Origin: Pristiophorus japonicus
Lineage: Eukaryota
Reading direction: 5' to 3'
Length of the DNA: 64,000 nt
NCBI RefSeq assembly: GCF_044704955.1
Contig: NC_092008.1
Location: 2,604,001-2,668,000, forward strand
The position numbers were made by a program, and so were the translations under genes. How positions within the stretch are numbered: position 1 is the stretch's first letter; each line of letters opens with the position of its first letter. This document shows positions 59,375-64,000 of the stretch, one piece after another. Below the pieces are notes generated by a model, which had not been told where the DNA came from, searched no databases, and saw nothing but the letters and a program-made list of their open reading frames with translations.

Positions 59375-62300
59375 ATCAATGATTTAGACTTCAATATAGG
59401 GGGTATGATTAAGAAGTTTGCAGATTTTACTAAAATCGGCTGTGTGGTTGATAATGAAGAAGAAAGCTTATAGACTGTAGGAAGATATCGATGAACTGGT
59501 CAGGTGGGCAGAACAGTGGCAAATGGAATTCAATCCGGAGAAGTGTGAGGTAATGCACAAGGAAAGGGAATACACATTAAATAGTCGGACACTGAGAAGT
59601 GTAGAGGAACAGAGGGACCTTGGGGTGCAGGTCCACAGATCCCTGAAGGTAGCAGGCCAGGTGGTTAAGAAGGCATACAGAATGCTTGCCTTTATTAGCT
59701 GAGGCAGAGAATACAAAATCGGTGGGGCGGGGGGGGGGGGGAGGTGGTTATGCTTGAATTGTATAACACACCAGTTAGGCCACAGCTGGAGTACTGCGTG
59801 CAGTTCTGGTCACCGCATTACAGGAAGGATGTGATTGCACTGGAGAGAGGGCACAGAGGAGATTTACCAGGATGTTGCCGGGAATGGAGAATCCTAACTC
59901 TGAGGACAGATTGGCTGGGTTTTCCTTGGAACTGAGGAGGTTGAGGGTAGACCTCATTGAGGTGTACAAAATGATGAGGGGCCTAGATATAGTGGATAGA
60001 AAGGGCCTATTTCCCCTAGAGGGGTCAACAACCAGGGGGCATAAAGTGGCTGCAGGGATAGTGGATGCATTGGTTGTAATCTTCCAAAATTCCCTAGATT
60101 CTGGAAAGATCCCAGCGGATTGGAAAACCGCAAATGTAATGCCCTTATTCAAGAATGGAGGGAGACAGAAAGCAGGAAACTATAGACCAGTTAGCCTAAC
60201 ATCTGTTGTTGGGAAAATGCTGGAGTCCATTATTACGGGAGCAGTAGCAGGACATTTAGAAAATCATAATACAATCAAGCAGAGTAAAACATGGTTTTAT
60301 GAAAGGGAAATAGTGTTTGACAAGTTTGCTAGAATTCTTTGAGGATGTAATGAGCAGGGTGGATAAAGGAGAACCAGTAGATGTAGTGTATTTGGATTTC
60401 CAAAAAGCATTTGACAAGGTGTCACATAAAAGATTACTGCACAGGATAAGAGCTCACTGGGTTGGGGGTAATATATTAGCATAGAAACATAGAAAATAGG
60501 TGCAGGAGTGGGCCATCCGGCCCTTCGAGCCAGCACCACCATTCAATAAGATCATGGCTGATCATTCCTCCAGTACCCCGTTCCTGCTTTCTCACCATAC
60601 CCCTTGATCCCTTTAGCCGCAAGGGCCATATCTAACTCCCTCTTGAATATATCCAATGAACTGGCATCAACAACTCTCTGCGGCAGGGAATTCCACAGGT
60701 CAACAATTCTGAGTGAAGAAATTTCTCCCCATCTCGGTCCTAAATGGCTTACCTCTTATCCTAAGACTATGTCCCCTGGTCCTGGACTTCCCCAACATCG
60801 GGAACATTCTTCCTGCATCTAACCTGTCCCGTCCCGTCAGAATTTTATATGTTTCTATGAGATCCCGTCTCATTCTTCTAAATTGCAGTGAATATAAGCC
60901 TAGTCAATCCAGTCTTCATATGTCAGTCCTGCCATCCCAGGAATCAGTCTGGTGAACCTTCGCTGCACTCCCTCAATAGCAAGAACGTCCTTCCTCAGAT
61001 TAGGAGACCAAAACTGAGCACAATATTCCAGGTGGGGCCTCACCAAGACCCTGTACAACTGCAGTAAGACTTCCCTGCTCCTATACTCTCATCCTCTCGC
61101 TATGAAGGCCAACATGCCATTTGCCTTCTTCACCGCCTGCTGTACCTGTATGCCAACTTTCAGTGACTGATGAACCATGACACCCAGGTCTCGCTGCACC
61201 TCCCCTTTTCCTAATCTGCCGCCATTCAGATAATATTCTGTCTTCGTGTTTTTGCCCCCAAAGTGGATAACCTCACATTTATCCACATTATACTGCATCT
61301 GTCATGTATTTGCCCACTCGCCTAACCTGTCCAAATCACCCTGCAGCCTCTTAGCGTCCTCCTCACAGCTCACACCGCCACCCAATTTAGTGTCATCTGC
61401 AAACTTGGAGATATTACACTCAATTCCATCATCCAAATCTTTAATATATATTGTAAAGAGCTGGGGTCCCGGCACTGAGCCCTGCGGCACTCCACTAATC
61501 ACTGCCTGCCATTCTGCAAAGGACCCGTTAATCCCGACTCTCTGCTTTATGTCTGCCAACCAGTTCTCTATCCACGTCAGTACATTACCCCCAATACCAT
61601 GTGTTTTGATTTTGCACACCAATCTCTTGTTTGGGACCTTGTCAAACGCCTTTTGAAAGTCCAAATACACCACATCCACTGGTTCTCCCTTGTCCACTCT
61701 ACCAGTTACATCCTCAAAAAGTTCCAGAAGATTTGTCAAGCATGATTGCCCCTTCATAAATGGATGGAAAACAGAGAGTCGGGATAAATGGGTAATTTTC
61801 CGGTTGCCAAACTGGAACTAGGGGGTGCCGCAGGGATCAGTGCTGGGTCCTCAACGATTTACAATCTATATTAATGACTTGGATGAAGAGGCTGAGTGCA
61901 ATGTAGCCAAATTTGTTGACGATACAAAGATGGGTGGGAGAGCAAGTTGTGAGGAGGACACACAAGAGTCTGCAAGGGCATATAGATAGGTTCAGTGAGT
62001 GGGCAAAAATTTGGCAGATGGAGTATAATGTGGGAAACTGCGGGGTTATCCACTTTGTAGGAAGAATAGAAAAGCAGACTATTATTTAAATGGAGAGAGA
62101 TTACAAAATGCTGAGGCATAGAAGGATTTGGGTGTTCTCACGCATAAAACACAAAAGGTTAGTATACAGGTACAGCAAGTAATCAGGAACAAGTAATGTA
62201 GGCAAATGGAATGTTGGCCTTTATTGCAAGGGGGTGGAGTAGAAAAGCAGGGAAGTCTTCCTACAACTGTACAGGGCGTTGGTGAGGCCACACCTGGAGT

Positions 62301-64000
62301 ACTGTGTACAGTTTTGGTCTCCTTATTTAAGGAGGGATATACTTGCATTGGAGGAGTTCAGAGAAACAGAAACAGAAACAGAAAATAGGTGCAGGAGTAA
62401 GCCATTCGGCCCTTTGAGCCTGCAGCACCTTTCAATATGATCATGGCTGATCATTTTTGAAACTTCAGTACCCCATTCCTGCTTTCTCTCCATACTCCTT
62501 GATCCCTTTAGCCGTAAGGGCCACATCTAACTCCCTCTTGAATATATCTAACGAACTGGCCTCAACAACTTTCTGTGGTAGAGAATTCCACAGGTTCACA
62601 ATTCTCTGCGTGAAGAAGTTTCTCCTCATCTCGGTCCTAAATGGCTCACCCCTTATCCTTAAACTGTGACCCCTGTTCTGGACTTCCCCAACATCGGGAA
62701 CATTCTCCCTGCATCTAACCTGTCCAATCCCGTCAGAATTTTATGTTTCTATGAGATCCCCTCTCATTCTTCTAAATTCCAGTGAATATAAGCCTAGTCG
62801 ATCCAGTCTTTCTTCATATGTCAGTCCTACCATCCCGGAAATCAGTCTGGTGAACCTTCGCTGCACTCCCTCAATAGCAAGAATGTCCTTCCTCAGATTA
62901 GGAGACCAAAACTGTACACAATATTCAATTCAAGGTGTGACCTCATCAAGGCCCTGTACAACTGCAGTAAGACCTCCCTGCTCCTTTACTCAAATCCTCT
63001 TGCTATGAAGGCCAACATACCATTTGCTGCCTTCACCGCCTGCTGTACCTGCATGCCAACTTTCAATGACTGATGAACGATGATACCCAGGTCTCGTTGC
63101 ACCTCCCCTTTTCCTAATCTGTCACCATTCAGATAATATTCTGCCTTCCTGATTTTGTCACCAAAGTGGATAACTTCACATTTATCCACATTATACTGCA
63201 TCTGCCATTCATTTGCCCAATCACCTAACCTGTCCAAGTCACCCTGCAGCCTCTTAGCATCCTCCTCACAACTCAATCTGCCACCCAGCTTAGTGTCATC
63301 TGCAAACTTGCCGATATTACATTCAATTCCTTTGTCTAAATCAATGATGTATATTGCAAAAAGCTGGGGTCCCAGCACTGAACCCCACTAGTCACTGCCT
63401 GCCATTCTGAAAAGGACCCGTTTATCCCGACTCTTTGGTTCCTGTCTGCCAACCAGTTCTCTATCCATGTCAGTACATTACCCCCAATACCATGTGCTTT
63501 AATTTTGCACACTAATCTCTTGTGTGGGATCTTGTCAAAAGCCTTTTGAAAATCCAAATACACCACATCCACTGATTCTCCTTGTCCACTCTACTAGTTG
63601 CATCCTCAAAAAATTCTGGAAGATTTGTCAAGCATGATTTCTCTTTCATAAATCCATGCTGACTTGGACTGATCCTGTCACTGCTTCTAAATGCGCTGCT
63701 ATTTCATCTTTAATAATTGATTCCAATATTTTCCCCAGTACCAACTAACCGGTCTATAATTCCCTGTTTTCTCTCTCCCTCCTTTTTTAAAAAGTGGGAT
63801 TACATTTGCTACCCTCCAATCCATAGGAACTGATCCAGAGTCTATAGCATGTTGAAAAATGACCATCAATTTCTCGGGCCACTTCCTTAAATACTCTGGG
63901 CTGCAGACTATCAGGTCTTGGGGATTTATCGGCCTTCAATCCCATCAATTTCCCTAACACAATTTCCTGACTAATAATCAGTTCCTCCTTCTCGCTAGAC
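59375..64000. mobile_element. Nested CR1 LINEs: plus copy (about 60045-60480, resuming 61760-62365) split by a minus copy (60481-61760); further minus copy 62365-64000
   Basis: [44 protein letters not shown] motifs; frameshifts. Confidence 0.9.

Noticed and set aside
59375-64000. Possible intact autonomous CR1
   Set aside because: All copies are frameshifted, truncated or interrupted by nested insertions

Overview
This is vertebrate genomic DNA, most likely from a cartilaginous fish (shark-type CR1, L2 and RTE LINEs and SacSINE1/DeuSINE-like SINEs; the taxon is an inference). Five N-gaps break it into pieces. The GC-rich left part (1-37.4 kb) holds spliced exons of three genes, each only partly present: HCFC1 (minus strand, five internal exons, 2661-10029), an organic solute transporter alpha (SLC51A)-like gene (plus strand, last three exons, 17737-26291) and WDR13 (plus strand, CpG-island promoter and first two coding exons, about 30400-36942). 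Introns there are packed with retroelements, and internal segments of these have repeatedly expanded into minisatellites (33, 38, 57 and 86 bp units). The right part (37.8-64 kb) has no recognisable exon and is mostly nested CR1/L2/RTE/SINE debris. Most long ORFs in the track are artefacts of repeats or G-runs. I cannot demonstrate a new biological system. The best leads are a tandemly amplified E-box/CCAAT composite array upstream of WDR13, a splice-created uORF in frame with WDR13, recurrent retroelement-seeded minisatellites, Harbinger-like remnants and a bipartite non-autonomous RTE. Repeat boundaries are approximate. Comparisons with human genes are from memory and need checking.
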